Positions 19,700 through 29,924 of a DNA stretch of 64,000 nucleotides are shown piece by piece. Within the stretch, counting starts at the first letter, position 1. Every line of letters begins with the position of its first letter. A model generated the notes under the pieces. That model did not search any database, was not told where the DNA came from, and worked only from the letters and a program-made list of their open reading frames with translations. The stretch comes from Candidatus Bathyarchaeia archaeon. GTDB lineage: Archaea; Thermoproteota; Bathyarchaeia; Bathyarchaeales; Bathycorpusculaceae. The stretch is taken from positions 32,585 through 96,584 of the forward strand of contig JBEKHN010000008.1 of the NCBI GenBank assembly GCA_050012255.1, given 5' to 3'. Position numbers and translations under genes: made by a program.

Positions 19700-20197
19700 T
19701 TAAACATCCGCTCGTTCGAGATGCCTGAAGGAAAACGGCTTGACAGTTAGCTCTGGCCTGTTCATGCTTAGGATGAAGCTCTGTGCGTCTTTAAGATTAG
19801 GCTGCCAATCTTGCCTGAGAGTGGTGATCAACTTCGAAAAGCTAGCATAGTTCTTGTGCACAGAAACAATAATGCTGTTCATTCCCAAGCCTTCGCCATC
19901 TGAGGCAAAAATGACGTTCGGCTGCTTCCTGCACCATTCACGTGCCCTTTCCAGCAGTTCTGGGGTCGATTCCGTGAAGGCAAGAAAGGTGAACGCAATG
20001 ATTTCAAAACCGATTCTTGCAAGGTTAGGCACAATCGTGTACTCTTCTATGAGTCCTTCCATTTCTAAACGTGTTCTCTTCCGCGTTACTGTTGGCTGGG
20101 AGATTTTCAGAGCCTTCGCAAGTTCTCTGTCGCTTCTTCTTGCACCCTTTATCAATTCGAACAGGAGTTTCTTCCTCTCTTTTTCTTTCTCACTCAT
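19700..20197 (-). CDS. Lrp/AsnC-family transcriptional regulator
   Basis: ARRSDRELAKALKISQPTVTRKRTRLEMEGLIEEYTIVPNLARIG. Confidence 0.9.
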   Translation of the reverse strand: MSEKEKERKKLLFELIKGARRSDRELAKALKISQPTVTRKRTRLEMEGLIEEYTIVPNLARIGFEIIAFTFLAFTESTPELLERAREWCRKQPNVIFASDGEGLGMNSIIVSVHKNYASFSKLITTLRQDWQPNLKDAQSFILSMNRPELTVKPFSFRHLERADV

Positions 20198-20514
20198 TTG
20201 ACGCCCTCCTTTTTACTATTCATTGACTTCGTCTAATAATTCTTGCGATTGAAAGACTTCAGCCAAGCGTCGAAGGGCAACTCGTTCAATGCGTATCTGC
20301 TTGAGGAAAATGTCCATGAAATAGGTGGAAGATGTTCTTCCGTTGATTTAGACTACTGTTCCTTTGATTTGACTTATGAATTAGCGGGGAAGTGCACAGC
20401 CTTTTCCCGAAATTTCGAGGCGCAATGTTAATAAACACCCTAGCAATGATAACATGATGCTGCTTCCTCGCGAAGTAATTTGTCGATATCATTGGGTTTT
20501 AGGAGAGTAACAAA

Positions 20515-21153
20515 ATGGCAAATAACGATGAGGTAAATCGACTAACACTAAAAGGAACAACGACCGTAGGCGTTGTCTGTAATGACGGAGTAATAATGGC
20601 CTCGGATACACGTGTTACCATGGGATTTTACGTAGCACACAAGCATGGGAAGAAGGTGTACCAGATAGACGATCACTTAGCGATGACTATTGCAGGAAGC
20701 CTGGCTGATGCTCAAAAAGCCGTTGACATACTAACGACCAATGCCAAGCTTTATAAGATCGAACTTGGCAGGCCTTTGCCAATCAGTTCAGCGGCAAGAT
20801 TGCTTGCGAACCTTCTTTTCTCAGCTAGATACGTGCCTTTGCTGGCTCAGGTTCTCGTCGGCGGCTTAGACGATACAGGTCCTCACATATTTTCAATAGA
20901 CCCGTTTGGCAGTCTGACGGAGGAGAAATACGTGTCCACAGGTTCGGGTTCACCTCTAGCGTACGGCATTCTAGAGGAGAAGTACAAGGACGGTGTTCCT
21001 GTTAGAGAGATGCTACCAGTGATAGTCAAAGCGGTCGACGCTGCGATGAAGCGCGACTCCGCAAGTGGAGACAGTTTCAACGTTGCGGTCATAGATGCCA
21101 AGGGCTACAGAGACCTGACCGACAAGGAGAAAAAGCAACTTTTGGCAGATTGA
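20515..21153 (+). CDS. psmB: Proteasome subunit beta
   Basis: Propeptide-KG/TTTVG, ASDTRVT, STGSGS, RDSASG. Confidence 0.96.
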   Translation: MANNDEVNRLTLKGTTTVGVVCNDGVIMASDTRVTMGFYVAHKHGKKVYQIDDHLAMTIAGSLADAQKAVDILTTNAKLYKIELGRPLPISSAARLLANLLFSARYVPLLAQVLVGGLDDTGPHIFSIDPFGSLTEEKYVSTGSGSPLAYGILEEKYKDGVPVREMLPVIVKAVDAAMKRDSASGDSFNVAVIDAKGYRDLTDKEKKQLLAD

Positions 21154-21166
21154 GGAAGTTAAAAGA

Positions 21167-23086
21167 GTGCCTTCAAATTCTGACAAGGAAAAGGTCGAAA
21201 TTAGTCAATACATTCTGCAGCATGTCCCGAAAGAAGCTGAAGTAACCAGGATAGAGTATGAAGCTTCAACACTGGCGGTGTACACTAAGAGACCCGAAGT
21301 CTTGGTCGACCAGAGTAGCGTCATAGCCAACATAGTCAACGTCATAAGAAAACGAATCGTTATTCGCTCTGACCCTTCGGTGAGGCTTCACGAAGTTGAG
21401 GCCGAGAAGATTGCCAGGGACATAATTCCCGCTGAGGCAGAAGTGACAGACATAAATTTCGACCCAAGTCTGGGCGAAATAATAATAGACGCAAAAAAGC
21501 CTGGGGTTGTGATCGGAAAAAACGGAACAGTCCTGCAAGAGATAATCAGACAGACAAAGTGGCGCCCACACGTCTTAAGAAGCCCCCCATTACGGTCAAA
21601 GATAGTAACTCACATGCGGCATTATCTTCATTCTGAGAGCAAAGAAAGAGAACGAATACTTCGCACAATAGGGGAAAGGATCTTCAGACCTAAAGCCTTC
21701 GAAGTTGGGGACGTTAGGATCACGGCGCTCGGAGGAGTTCAAGAAGTCGGAAGATCTGCCTTTCTCGTTCAAACCCGAGAAAGCAACGTACTGCTGGACT
21801 GTGGTGTGAACCCAGGTTCCTCGAGGCCCTTTGAGGCCTTTCCTAGGCTGGACAACCCAGCGTTTGAGCTTGAATCTTTGGACGCTGTCATCATAAGTCA
21901 TGCTCATCTTGACCATTGTGGTCTTGTACCTTTTCTTTACAAGTATGGATACGACGGGCCAGTCTACTGCTCCGCTCCGACTTCAAACATGATGACACTG
22001 CTTCAGCTTGACTATTTGGATGTTGCCGGCAAGCAGGGCACAACTCCGTTTTATGATCAGAAAGATGTTCGTGAATGTGTTTTGCACACGATCCCCTCAC
22101 GGTATGGGGTCGTCACTGACATAGCTCCTGACGTGCGTTTAACTCTCCACAACGCTGGGCACATTCTAGGGTCTTCAATGGTTCACCTTCACATCGGTGA
22201 GGGTCTCCACAACGTTGTTTACACTGGTGATTACAAGTATTCAAGGACGATGCTTCTGGAAGCAGCGACGACAGAGTTTCCAAGGGTTGAGACAGTCATA
22301 ACTGAAAGCACGTATGGAGGGGCGGATGACGTCATGCCCTCGCGTGTGGAAGCTGAGGAACGGTTGACAGCAGTTGTGAATGAAACGTTGGAACGTAAAG
22401 GCAAGGTTCTGATTCCAGTCCCAGCGGTTGGCAGGGCTCAGGAGATAATGCTCGTGCTGGACGGTTACATGAGGCGCGGAATGATGAAGGAGGCTCCTGT
22501 CTTCATCGAGGGAATGATTTCAGAGGCCACGGCAATTCACACTGCATATCCTGAGTACTTAGGCCGAGAAGTCCGCAACAGCATACTCCATGATGGAGTG
22601 AATCCTTTTCAGTCAGACTACTTCACAATTGTTGAGCATCCAAGCGTGCGTCAAGAAATAGTTGAGGGCGAACCGTGCATTATCATGGCGACTTCAGGAA
22701 TGCTTGAAGGTGGCCCAGTGATAGAGTACTTCAAAAGCTTGGCGGAGAACGAGAACAACGAGATTATTTTTGTTAGTTATCAAATCGAAGGCACCATGGG
22801 AAGAAGAGTCCAGAAAGGTCTGAACGAGGTTACACTCATGACTTCAGAAGGCAAAATGGATGTCGTTAAGGTTAGACTGCGAGTGGAGTCGATAGAGGGC
22901 TTCTCTGGGCATTCGGATAGACGACAGATATTCAACTACATAACTCACCTAAGGCCTAAGCCTGAAACAGTCATCGTGTGCCATGGTGAAAGAGCAAAGT
23001 GTCTCAGCATGGCCAACTTCATAGAAAGAAGATGTGAAGTTCGCTCCTTCGCACCAGCTTTGATGGAGACCTTTAGGCTGCTGTAG
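21167..23086 (+). CDS. fttA: Beta-CASP ribonuclease aCPSF1 / transcription termination factor FttA
   Basis: N-terminal KH (KKPGVVIGKNG), SHAHLDH, AGHILGS, GFSGHSD, CHGE. Conserved linkage to psmB. Confidence 0.95.
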   Translation: MPSNSDKEKVEISQYILQHVPKEAEVTRIEYEASTLAVYTKRPEVLVDQSSVIANIVNVIRKRIVIRSDPSVRLHEVEAEKIARDIIPAEAEVTDINFDPSLGEIIIDAKKPGVVIGKNGTVLQEIIRQTKWRPHVLRSPPLRSKIVTHMRHYLHSESKERERILRTIGERIFRPKAFEVGDVRITALGGVQEVGRSAFLVQTRESNVLLDCGVNPGSSRPFEAFPRLDNPAFELESLDAVIISHAHLDHCGLVPFLYKYGYDGPVYCSAPTSNMMTLLQLDYLDVAGKQGTTPFYDQKDVRECVLHTIPSRYGVVTDIAPDVRLTLHNAGHILGSSMVHLHIGEGLHNVVYTGDYKYSRTMLLEAATTEFPRVETVITESTYGGADDVMPSRVEAEERLTAVVNETLERKGKVLIPVPAVGRAQEIMLVLDGYMRRGMMKEAPVFIEGMISEATAIHTAYPEYLGREVRNSILHDGVNPFQSDYFTIVEHPSVRQEIVEGEPCIIMATSGMLEGGPVIEYFKSLAENENNEIIFVSYQIEGTMGRRVQKGLNEVTLMTSEGKMDVVKVRLRVESIEGFSGHSDRRQIFNYITHLRPKPETVIVCHGERAKCLSMANFIERRCEVRSFAPALMETFRLL

Positions 23087-23420
23087 GAATCGGCTCATTC
23101 GAAACCGGAACTTTCTCTCGCCAAATCTTCACATTCGGAGGGCATACAACCACTCTCTCCTCACCCAACCTTGCGATATCTCCTCCGACGGATTCAGCGA
23201 ATTCGCACAGCTCGTTCACGGCACGCTTAACGTCGTCAACGCTCTTATTCGCAAGGGGCGCTATCCTTAGAATCAGGATGTTTCCAGATTTGACTTCTGC
23301 CTTTACAGAGTCCAGATCAGACAAGTCCCGAAGAGGCATTGCTTTCAAATAGGTCTTGCCAGAGTCACCTTTAATCTTAACCTCCTTCTTTGATTTGCGG
23401 AGTATACCCAATCCTGGCAA
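23073..23420 (-). CDS. sepF: Cell division protein SepF homologue
   Basis: VKSGNILILRI...KRAVNEL...GGDIARLGEERVVVCPPNVKI. Confidence 0.85.
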   Translation of the reverse strand: MPGLGILRKSKKEVKIKGDSGKTYLKAMPLRDLSDLDSVKAEVKSGNILILRIAPLANKSVDDVKRAVNELCEFAESVGGDIARLGEERVVVCPPNVKIWREKVPVSNEPIPTAA

Positions 23421-23526
23421 ACTTGTCCTCTCTTACACGCTTATTTGCCTTTCAAGAGTTTAAGTTTTTCTTAATTTCACATCTGGATTCATGGTATGGA
23501 TTGCATGACTGAAAGGTTTTATGAAT

Positions 23527-24066
23527 TCAACCTTCAGATCGAATCTTCGCTCGGCTAGGGAGTATTTCTTTAAGGAGATTCCACGTTTTGTCTCCGACGT
23601 AGTACACGTTCCTGACAACAGTGCCCTGTGTGACACTCTTTACCTTTTCAGCATCGTAAAGGATTTCCCCTATGGCGATGGGTCTGCTATGCTTTTCATC
23701 AACCACAATGACAATGTCATTCTCGTCAAATTGACCCTCAAAGCGTCTGATTCCCGGTGCCATAACGTTCGCGCCATTGCATACATAGGGAACGGCCCCC
23801 ATGTCCACGACAACTTTGGGAGCCGTTTGGAGATATTCATCGAACCTTAGCGTTGGATATACGTTTTCGTCAGCTTTGACCAGTAGCGGCTTTGCGTTGA
23901 TGAGAAAGATTTCAGCTGATTCTGTTTCAAAGACCTCAACGTTAACCTTGTCTTTGAAGAGTAGCTCCAGGTCAGTCTTGAGCTTTTCCGAAGCCTTTGC
24001 AAGAAGGGCTTTAGATTCTTTCGTCTTTAAGAAATACCGCCTGTTTTTTTCGGGCATTCTGCCCAT
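23527..24066 (-). CDS. PUA-domain RNA-binding protein (DUF1947/Tma20-MCT1-like)
   Basis: YPTL...VVVDMGAVPYVCNGANVMAPGI...YYVGD. Confidence 0.92.
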   Translation of the reverse strand: MGRMPEKNRRYFLKTKESKALLAKASEKLKTDLELLFKDKVNVEVFETESAEIFLINAKPLLVKADENVYPTLRFDEYLQTAPKVVVDMGAVPYVCNGANVMAPGIRRFEGQFDENDIVIVVDEKHSRPIAIGEILYDAEKVKSVTQGTVVRNVYYVGDKTWNLLKEILPSRAKIRSEG

Positions 24067-24135
24067 CTCTTAGATAGGTTTAAATGTGTAGGCTTAAGTA
24101 TAAAAAGCATAACAATTTGGGTCCGAGGGTCAAAA

Positions 24136-24363
24136 ATGAGCGAAATGACCACTGAAATCCTTGAGCAAAACCTTGGGAAAATCGTGCTTGTAAGGTTGAA
24201 AGGTGGAAAAAGCCTACGTGGAAGACTCAAAGGATTTGACCAGCATCTGAACTTGGTTCTAGAGGAAACAGAAGACACTACCTCTTCAGAAAACGTGAGG
24301 AAACTTGGGGTCATAATCGTCCGAGGAGACAACGTCGTTCTGATCTCTCCACCTCCTAGGTGA
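24136..24363 (+). CDS. Sm-like (Lsm/SmAP) RNA-binding protein
   Basis: [24 protein letters not shown]...[13 protein letters not shown]. Confidence 0.96.
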   Translation: MSEMTTEILEQNLGKIVLVRLKGGKSLRGRLKGFDQHLNLVLEETEDTTSSENVRKLGVIIVRGDNVVLISPPPR

Positions 24364-24368
24364 CATCC

Positions 24369-24557
24369 TTGGGAAAGGGGACACCCTCATTTGGCAAGCG
24401 CCAAGGAAAAACGGTTCACATAAAATGCAGACGGTGTGGAAGAAGGTCATACAACGTGACTAAGAAACGATGCGCCGCCTGCGGCTATGGAATGACAGCG
24501 GTCATCAAAACGTATTCATGGCGGACTAAAAACCTGCATAGAGAAAGGACTCGCTAA
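24369..24557 (+). CDS. rpl37e: 50S ribosomal protein L37e
   Basis: [21 protein letters not shown]...CAACGYG; typical Lsm-L37e pair. Confidence 0.96.
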   Translation: MGKGTPSFGKRQGKTVHIKCRRCGRRSYNVTKKRCAACGYGMTAVIKTYSWRTKNLHRERTR

Positions 24558-24570
24558 GAATTGTCTCGTT

Positions 24571-25212
24571 CTACTGCGATGATTGATAGTACCCCTTATC
24601 GACCTTGACAAAGATCAACGGGCCCTTACTCTGTGTCAGTTCCCTTGCCTTTGTCAAAGCGTTGTTAACAACGTTCACCACTTGCTCTTTGTCGTTCGTG
24701 TATGTTTTCTTTTCACTGCCCAACTCCATCTTCAAGAGGTTTTCTGCAAGGATTGAGGTGCCACATATCTCCCCGTTCTTGATCAACGTGGAGATCACGA
24801 TGTCTTCCATTTCCTGGTGACAAGAGAGCCCTTGCCATATCGGTTCGGCGTTGTTGAGGATTCTTGTGACGTTGTTCCATCTCTTTGAGTTGTCATTGCC
24901 GATGAGAAGTTTGACTCGTTCTTTCCACTTCTTGAACCAAATCCCCGTCCAAACACCCAAGAATTCTTCCAGCTCCTTCGAGTTCTCCTCGAAGGTCCTC
25001 TCCAGCTCTTCTACAACGTAACATTGACTTGCTTCTTTTCCAATGAGATCCCAATGGACTTTGAGGTAGTTCGTCAGGTCTTGGCACGCTATTTGGAGTA
25101 CCTTGCGATCCGCAACTAACACGTCGATGAGGGGGTTCTTCTCTAACAGTTTTTCTGACAACAATGTTTCGATGAAGTTCACAGGTACTCCTTCTCGAAG
25201 CCTTCTCCACAT
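24571..25212 (-). CDS. Hypothetical protein
   Basis: 213-aa ORF with normal composition; no motif recognised. Confidence 0.7.
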   Translation of the reverse strand: MWRRLREGVPVNFIETLLSEKLLEKNPLIDVLVADRKVLQIACQDLTNYLKVHWDLIGKEASQCYVVEELERTFEENSKELEEFLGVWTGIWFKKWKERVKLLIGNDNSKRWNNVTRILNNAEPIWQGLSCHQEMEDIVISTLIKNGEICGTSILAENLLKMELGSEKKTYTNDKEQVVNVVNNALTKARELTQSKGPLIFVKVDKGYYQSSQ

Positions 25213-25329
25213 CTAAAACTAGACCTTTGGGCTTTTAATAAGCTTTATTCGTGATCGCTTCTATAACACTGTTCACTAATTTTCAGCTATATTTCCTCTC
25301 TAGAAATATTCTAAAGGTTCATTTTGGCA

Positions 25330-25989
25330 CTATTCCAGGAAATCTGGCAATTTTCTGACACTTGCCAGGATCAGGTCTGGTTTTTGTTTCTTCAGCTCCT
25401 CGCGAGAGAAAATTCCAGACAAGACTGCGACTGTCTTGGCTCCGGCACGCCTTCCGGCCTCTATGTCGACGATCGAGTCTCCAACGACTGCACATTCACT
25501 TGTTCTTACGCCCAGTCTTCTTGAACATTCTACAAGGGCGTCGGGAGAAGGTTTTGGACTGAACTTATCGCATGCAGTTACCACAGCTTGGAAATATCCT
25601 TCTAAGCCAAGTTCTTTCAGCTGTCCAATAACGACTTTGTTAGGGACTTTACGTCTTGTTGTTAATGCAAGTTTCGCCTTTTCTGAAAGCTTCTTGAGGC
25701 TGTTCGCAATGTCAGGTAATGGTTTCGCCATCACGGCAACTGCCTGGTAATACGCCTTTAGGTATATTCGCCGGAATTCCTTCACGTCTACCCGTGGCAA
25801 CAAGTCATCGAGTGGAATGCCCTGTTCAAACCTCTTGGGGATTTCTATGACCGTTTTGATGCTGACTGTTTGCTGTCCCACTGCTGAGAAAGCTATTCTT
25901 GCCGCCTCTAAGTAAGCTTGCCTTGAATCTACCAGCGTGCCGTCTAAATCTAGAATTATCCCTTTAACGTGAAGCTTTATGTTTTTCAT
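25330..25989 (-). CDS. HAD-family hydrolase (phosphoglycolate phosphatase-like)
   Basis: DLDGTLVDS, KPSPD, VGDSIVDIEAG. Confidence 0.93.
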   Translation of the reverse strand: MKNIKLHVKGIILDLDGTLVDSRQAYLEAARIAFSAVGQQTVSIKTVIEIPKRFEQGIPLDDLLPRVDVKEFRRIYLKAYYQAVAVMAKPLPDIANSLKKLSEKAKLALTTRRKVPNKVVIGQLKELGLEGYFQAVVTACDKFSPKPSPDALVECSRRLGVRTSECAVVGDSIVDIEAGRRAGAKTVAVLSGIFSREELKKQKPDLILASVRKLPDFLE

Positions 25990-26114
25990 GGTCTACCTGA
26001 TTTGGGCTGGCTCTGTTACCTTTTTTGCTTCGATAAGTTTTTATTTGCGGTTAATTGTCTAAGGTAGATACCCAATAAATCTGTTTGGTAGCAGAGTTTT
26101 AGGGTTGATGGGCA

Positions 26115-26423
26115 ATGGTTAGGAAAGCGCGTATACGCTTGACAAGTACGGACTACGGGAAACTAGAAGAGGTATGTGAGGAGCTGAAAGTCATCGCCGA
26201 GAAAACAGGAGTTAAGATCAACGGACCCGTTCCTTTGCCCACTAAGCGACTGAAAGTTCCTGTTCTGAAGTCACCCTGCGGTGAGGGGACCTCTACTTGG
26301 GACAAGTGGGAAATGAGAATTCACAAGCGGCTTATTGACATAGATGCAGAAGAACGGGTCATGCGTCGAATCATGCGCATACGTGTTCCCGAAGAAGTTC
26401 ATGTGACTATAGAACTTCTTTAG
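26115..26423 (+). CDS. rpsJ: 30S ribosomal protein S10 (uS10)
   Basis: ARIRLTS...[31 protein letters not shown]. Confidence 0.97.
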   Translation: MVRKARIRLTSTDYGKLEEVCEELKVIAEKTGVKINGPVPLPTKRLKVPVLKSPCGEGTSTWDKWEMRIHKRLIDIDAEERVMRRIMRIRVPEEVHVTIELL

Positions 26424-26660
26424 TACGGGAACAAGCGTGACATTTTTCTTATACACGTTTGATCATGGCTGAGAAATGAGAGCGCCTGTTTGTTCGCTCT
26501 TGTTCTCTGCGGGGTTTGTGGACCCGTGAACCAAAAGGAATAATTATGAATAGTCTTTCAATAGCGTGGAGACCGCTGTGGATTATCGTGTTCGACAGAG
26601 GGCGATACTGTTCCTCGAAGCTATGTGGGGTTGAGGCAGAAGGAAGATGAGTGATGTTAG

Positions 26661-28295
26661 ATGAATGCAAGAGCCATCCTTGCCTTGGGCTTGTCCGCAT
26701 TGTTTTTTTGCGCTTTCGTTGCTGGATTTAGCTACGGGGATGTGAAGTCTTCAGTCGCGAATCCTGTTCATAACATCAACACTGGCTTGAACTACACGTC
26801 TATTCAGGGAGCGATAGATGCTCCTGAAACTGTGAACGGGCACACGATTCTGGTTGATTCGGGAACATACAACACACCTCTGGTTGTTGACAAGTCTTTG
26901 AGGATAATCGGAAGTGGAAGAAACACTACTGTCATCAACGGAGTAGGAGGATTTGTTGTCCACGTGGTCGCCAGAGATGTTCTTATTGAAGGGTTTTCGA
27001 TGAAGGGTGGTTCAGGCGTGTTGGCACTTGGCGTGTACTTTGATCATTCGGACAACTCTGTCCTCCGGGACAACAATGTTTCGGGCGTCAACGCCGGCGC
27101 GGATTTTTATGGAGTCTATGCTGCTTACTCTAATAATCTGACCATCGACCAGAACATCATCGGACCCGATTCTTCTTCGGGCATTCTGATCACAAACTCG
27201 CTGGATTTCAGGGTTTCAGACAATTATGTGCATGATAATATTGGCTATGGAATCAACGCCAACGCTTCCAGCAACGGACTGATCATGGGAAACGATGTCA
27301 TCGGAAACTCGTATGATGGAATCGGGTTGTCAAGGGGTTGCCAGAACATCACTATAACAGGGAACACTATAGAAGGCCCCAGCGAGTTCGGTCTCCATGT
27401 TATTGATCGTGACTGTGTGGACAACGTTATCTATGACAACAATTTCATCAGCAATAGTAAGCAGGCATCAGTCGTTTCAACGAATCGCTGGGATAACGGA
27501 GTTGAAGGTAACTTCTGGAGTGATTATGCTGGTGTTGACCAGGATCATGATGGAATAGGTGACTCGTCATATGGTTTGAACGAGAACAACACGGACAATT
27601 ATCCTTTGATGGGCAATTTTTCTGTTTTTGAGACATCGTTGGGTTTCAACGTTGACGTTATCTCCAACTCGTCAATAGCCACGTTTTCCTATTTCCTGTG
27701 GAACGGCACGATTACGATGCATGTTAAAAGCAACCCACTGAATCAGGCCTTCGGCTTCTGCAGGGTTCGCCTTTCTCACGGCTTGATGACTGAACCGTAC
27801 AATGTTACGGTGGACGGAGCTACCCCGTTGTCTTGGAACTCCACGCTCTACGACGACGGGGGCAGCAGGTGGATCTACTTCCTGTACGGAAGCTCGAACC
27901 ATGAAGTGCTGATTCGCGGTCGGTCGCCTCCTCCAACCGTTTCCATAATTTCGCCAGAAAACAAGACTTACACGGTGAGCGATGTCCCGTTGACGTTCAC
28001 TGTTAACGAAGAAACTTCTTGGCTGGCCTATAGCTTGGACGGTCAGAGCAACATGACTATCAGTGGGAACACCACGTTGCCCGGTGTCTCCAACGGGACG
28101 CACACGCTTGTGCTCTATGCGCGGAACAGTTTTGGAGACGTGAGCACTTCGGGAATCGTGTACTTCAGCGTGAGTGCTGGGGGTTTAGGTCTTTTTCCGT
28201 TTTTGCTTGCGACAGCGGTGGCGATTGTAGTGATTTTGGTTGTGGCATTTGTCTATTTGAGGAAGCTGAGGAGAAGGCGCGGGAAAAACGGGTAG
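26661..28295 (+). CDS. Membrane-anchored surface protein with right-handed beta-helix (NosD/CASH) and Ig-like domains
   Basis: Signal peptide, YTSIQGAIDA..GHTILVDSGTY, Asn-ladder repeats, GNFWSDY.GVD.DHDGIGD, C-terminal TM plus RKLRRRR. Confidence 0.88.
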   Translation: MNARAILALGLSALFFCAFVAGFSYGDVKSSVANPVHNINTGLNYTSIQGAIDAPETVNGHTILVDSGTYNTPLVVDKSLRIIGSGRNTTVINGVGGFVVHVVARDVLIEGFSMKGGSGVLALGVYFDHSDNSVLRDNNVSGVNAGADFYGVYAAYSNNLTIDQNIIGPDSSSGILITNSLDFRVSDNYVHDNIGYGINANASSNGLIMGNDVIGNSYDGIGLSRGCQNITITGNTIEGPSEFGLHVIDRDCVDNVIYDNNFISNSKQASVVSTNRWDNGVEGNFWSDYAGVDQDHDGIGDSSYGLNENNTDNYPLMGNFSVFETSLGFNVDVISNSSIATFSYFLWNGTITMHVKSNPLNQAFGFCRVRLSHGLMTEPYNVTVDGATPLSWNSTLYDDGGSRWIYFLYGSSNHEVLIRGRSPPPTVSIISPENKTYTVSDVPLTFTVNEETSWLAYSLDGQSNMTISGNTTLPGVSNGTHTLVLYARNSFGDVSTSGIVYFSVSAGGLGLFPFLLATAVAIVVILVVAFVYLRKLRRRRGKNG

Positions 28296-28330
28296 ACACT
28301 TGTTCGAGTCTACTGTTTAAGGGTGTCTGT

Positions 28331-29236
28331 TTGCAGGGCAGGACGAGAAGGCAAGCTTTGGCAGAGGGGGTGACTGCCGGCGTTTTCTTCGGAACGGCGG
28401 CTGTCTTCATTAGGTTTGTGCAGGTTCTGGGTTCTTTCTCCATTGTGTTCTGGCGTCTTGTAATAGCCTGCGTTGCGTTGGTGGGGGTGCTTGTGGTGTG
28501 TGGCCGAGTGTTTCAGTTTAAGATTGTGAAGGAGAACTTGAAAGAGCTCTTGGGTCTCGGTCTTTTCTTGGGTCTTCACTTCGTTTTTTTCACTTTTTCC
28601 GTTCGGGACACGACGATCCTGAACGCGACCGTTCTGGTGAGCACTGCGCCGGTTTTTTCGATGTTTGTTTCGAGCTATCTTTTCAGGGTTAAACCATCCC
28701 GCTTTGCGCTCGCGGGCTTAATGGTCTCTTTCATAGGTGTGTGCCTCATAGCTTTCGGTGAGACGATGGCTGCGAAGACGGTTGGTCAGAGTGTTTCTCC
28801 AACGTTGAAGGGCGACTTGGAGGGCGTGGCTGCCGCTGCGGTTGAGGCTTTCTACCTCAACATTGGTGGGAGGGTCAGGAAGGAGATGGGTCTGTTGTCG
28901 GCGGTGCTGCCTATCTACGCTTTTTCAGCGGTTATCGTGGCCGTGCTGAGCGTGCCCGCTGGAAACCTGATTTCACCGTTGCCGCTTGTTGCAGAAACCG
29001 CTCTTCCGCTGGTCGGGCTTGGATTGCTTCCGACGGCGATCGCTCACACGCTTTATTTTTCTTCTCTGTCGAACCTTAAATCGTATGAGACGGCTGCTCT
29101 TGCTTTATTGGAGCCCGTGGGTGCAACGCTTCTGGGTATAGCCGCTTTTCAGGAGGTGCCTGCTCCAGTTTTCGCATTCGGTGCTACCATGGTCCTGGCG
29201 GGCATATTCTTCGTTATCAGGAACAGCCGTCGTTAG
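28331..29236 (+). CDS. EamA/DMT-family transporter
   Basis: About 10 TM helices; NATVLVSTAPVF, LALLEPVGATLLG. Confidence 0.9.
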   Translation: MQGRTRRQALAEGVTAGVFFGTAAVFIRFVQVLGSFSIVFWRLVIACVALVGVLVVCGRVFQFKIVKENLKELLGLGLFLGLHFVFFTFSVRDTTILNATVLVSTAPVFSMFVSSYLFRVKPSRFALAGLMVSFIGVCLIAFGETMAAKTVGQSVSPTLKGDLEGVAAAAVEAFYLNIGGRVRKEMGLLSAVLPIYAFSAVIVAVLSVPAGNLISPLPLVAETALPLVGLGLLPTAIAHTLYFSSLSNLKSYETAALALLEPVGATLLGIAAFQEVPAPVFAFGATMVLAGIFFVIRNSRR

Positions 29237-29301
29237 CCGGCGTATGTTCCGGAAAGGTTGAGCCGAGACCTGGAGGACTGTTCATCCCTTACACATCCGT
29301 T

Positions 29302-29358
29302 ACATCCCTGTGTTCGCGTTTTCACCTCGTCTATTTTACCCTCCCCCTCCCCCCTAGG
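29302..29358 (-). repeat. Dispersed intergenic G-tract repeat, copy B
   Basis: Reverse complement reads CCTAGGGGGGAGGGGGAGGGTA...GACGAGGTGAAAACGCGAACACAGGGATGT. Confidence 0.7.
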
Positions 29359-29628
29359 GTGTTAGTACTGCACGTAGGTGCTGGTGAAGGCCCTACTGGA
29401 TTTACATGGGCTTTGGGCCAAGTACGTATCTAGGGCTAGGCCGAGAGTCTGGGCAAGGATAGTGACTTTTCAATGTTTTCTATCATCGCCCCGTTTTCTG
29501 GTTTCTGTGTGTCCTGCTTAGAGTTAGCCTAAAGGCCCATCCCCTTCCTTGGGGTGTCAGTTTCCTGCTTCGTTACATGAGAAGAACGTGCGAAGAAAAG
29601 GGTGAGGTTTTCAGGGGATGAGGAGGAG

Positions 29629-29913
29629 CTACTCTTCCTCTTCAGTTGCCTTCCTACCCTTAACGATCAGCGTGTTTTCTTTGCCGCCTATCACTCTGAA
29701 ATAGTTTTTCAGCTCGTTTTTGTGTAGGAACTTTTTCAGTAGAACTCGCAGGTATGTTCTTGAGACGTTTGCTTCTTCGCCTTTGACGACAAGTTCGTTT
29801 GTTCCCGTTTCGATTTTAGCGTTGGTTTTTTCCTTCAGATATGTCGCCAGTTCTTTTATCAGGTCGCTTCCTTCGCTTTTGAGTTCATTTATGTTTATTC
29901 TTGCTTCTGACAT
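29629..29913 (-). CDS. rpl22e: Ribosomal protein eL22 (L22e) homologue
   Basis: LATYLKEK...VSRTYLRVLLKKFLHKNELKNYFRVIGGKENTL matches the eL22 pattern SKRYLKYLTKKYLKK..LRDWLRVVA; acidic tail. Confidence 0.78.
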   Translation of the reverse strand: MSEARININELKSEGSDLIKELATYLKEKTNAKIETGTNELVVKGEEANVSRTYLRVLLKKFLHKNELKNYFRVIGGKENTLIVKGRKATEEEE

Positions 29914-29924
29914 GTGTTTTCACC

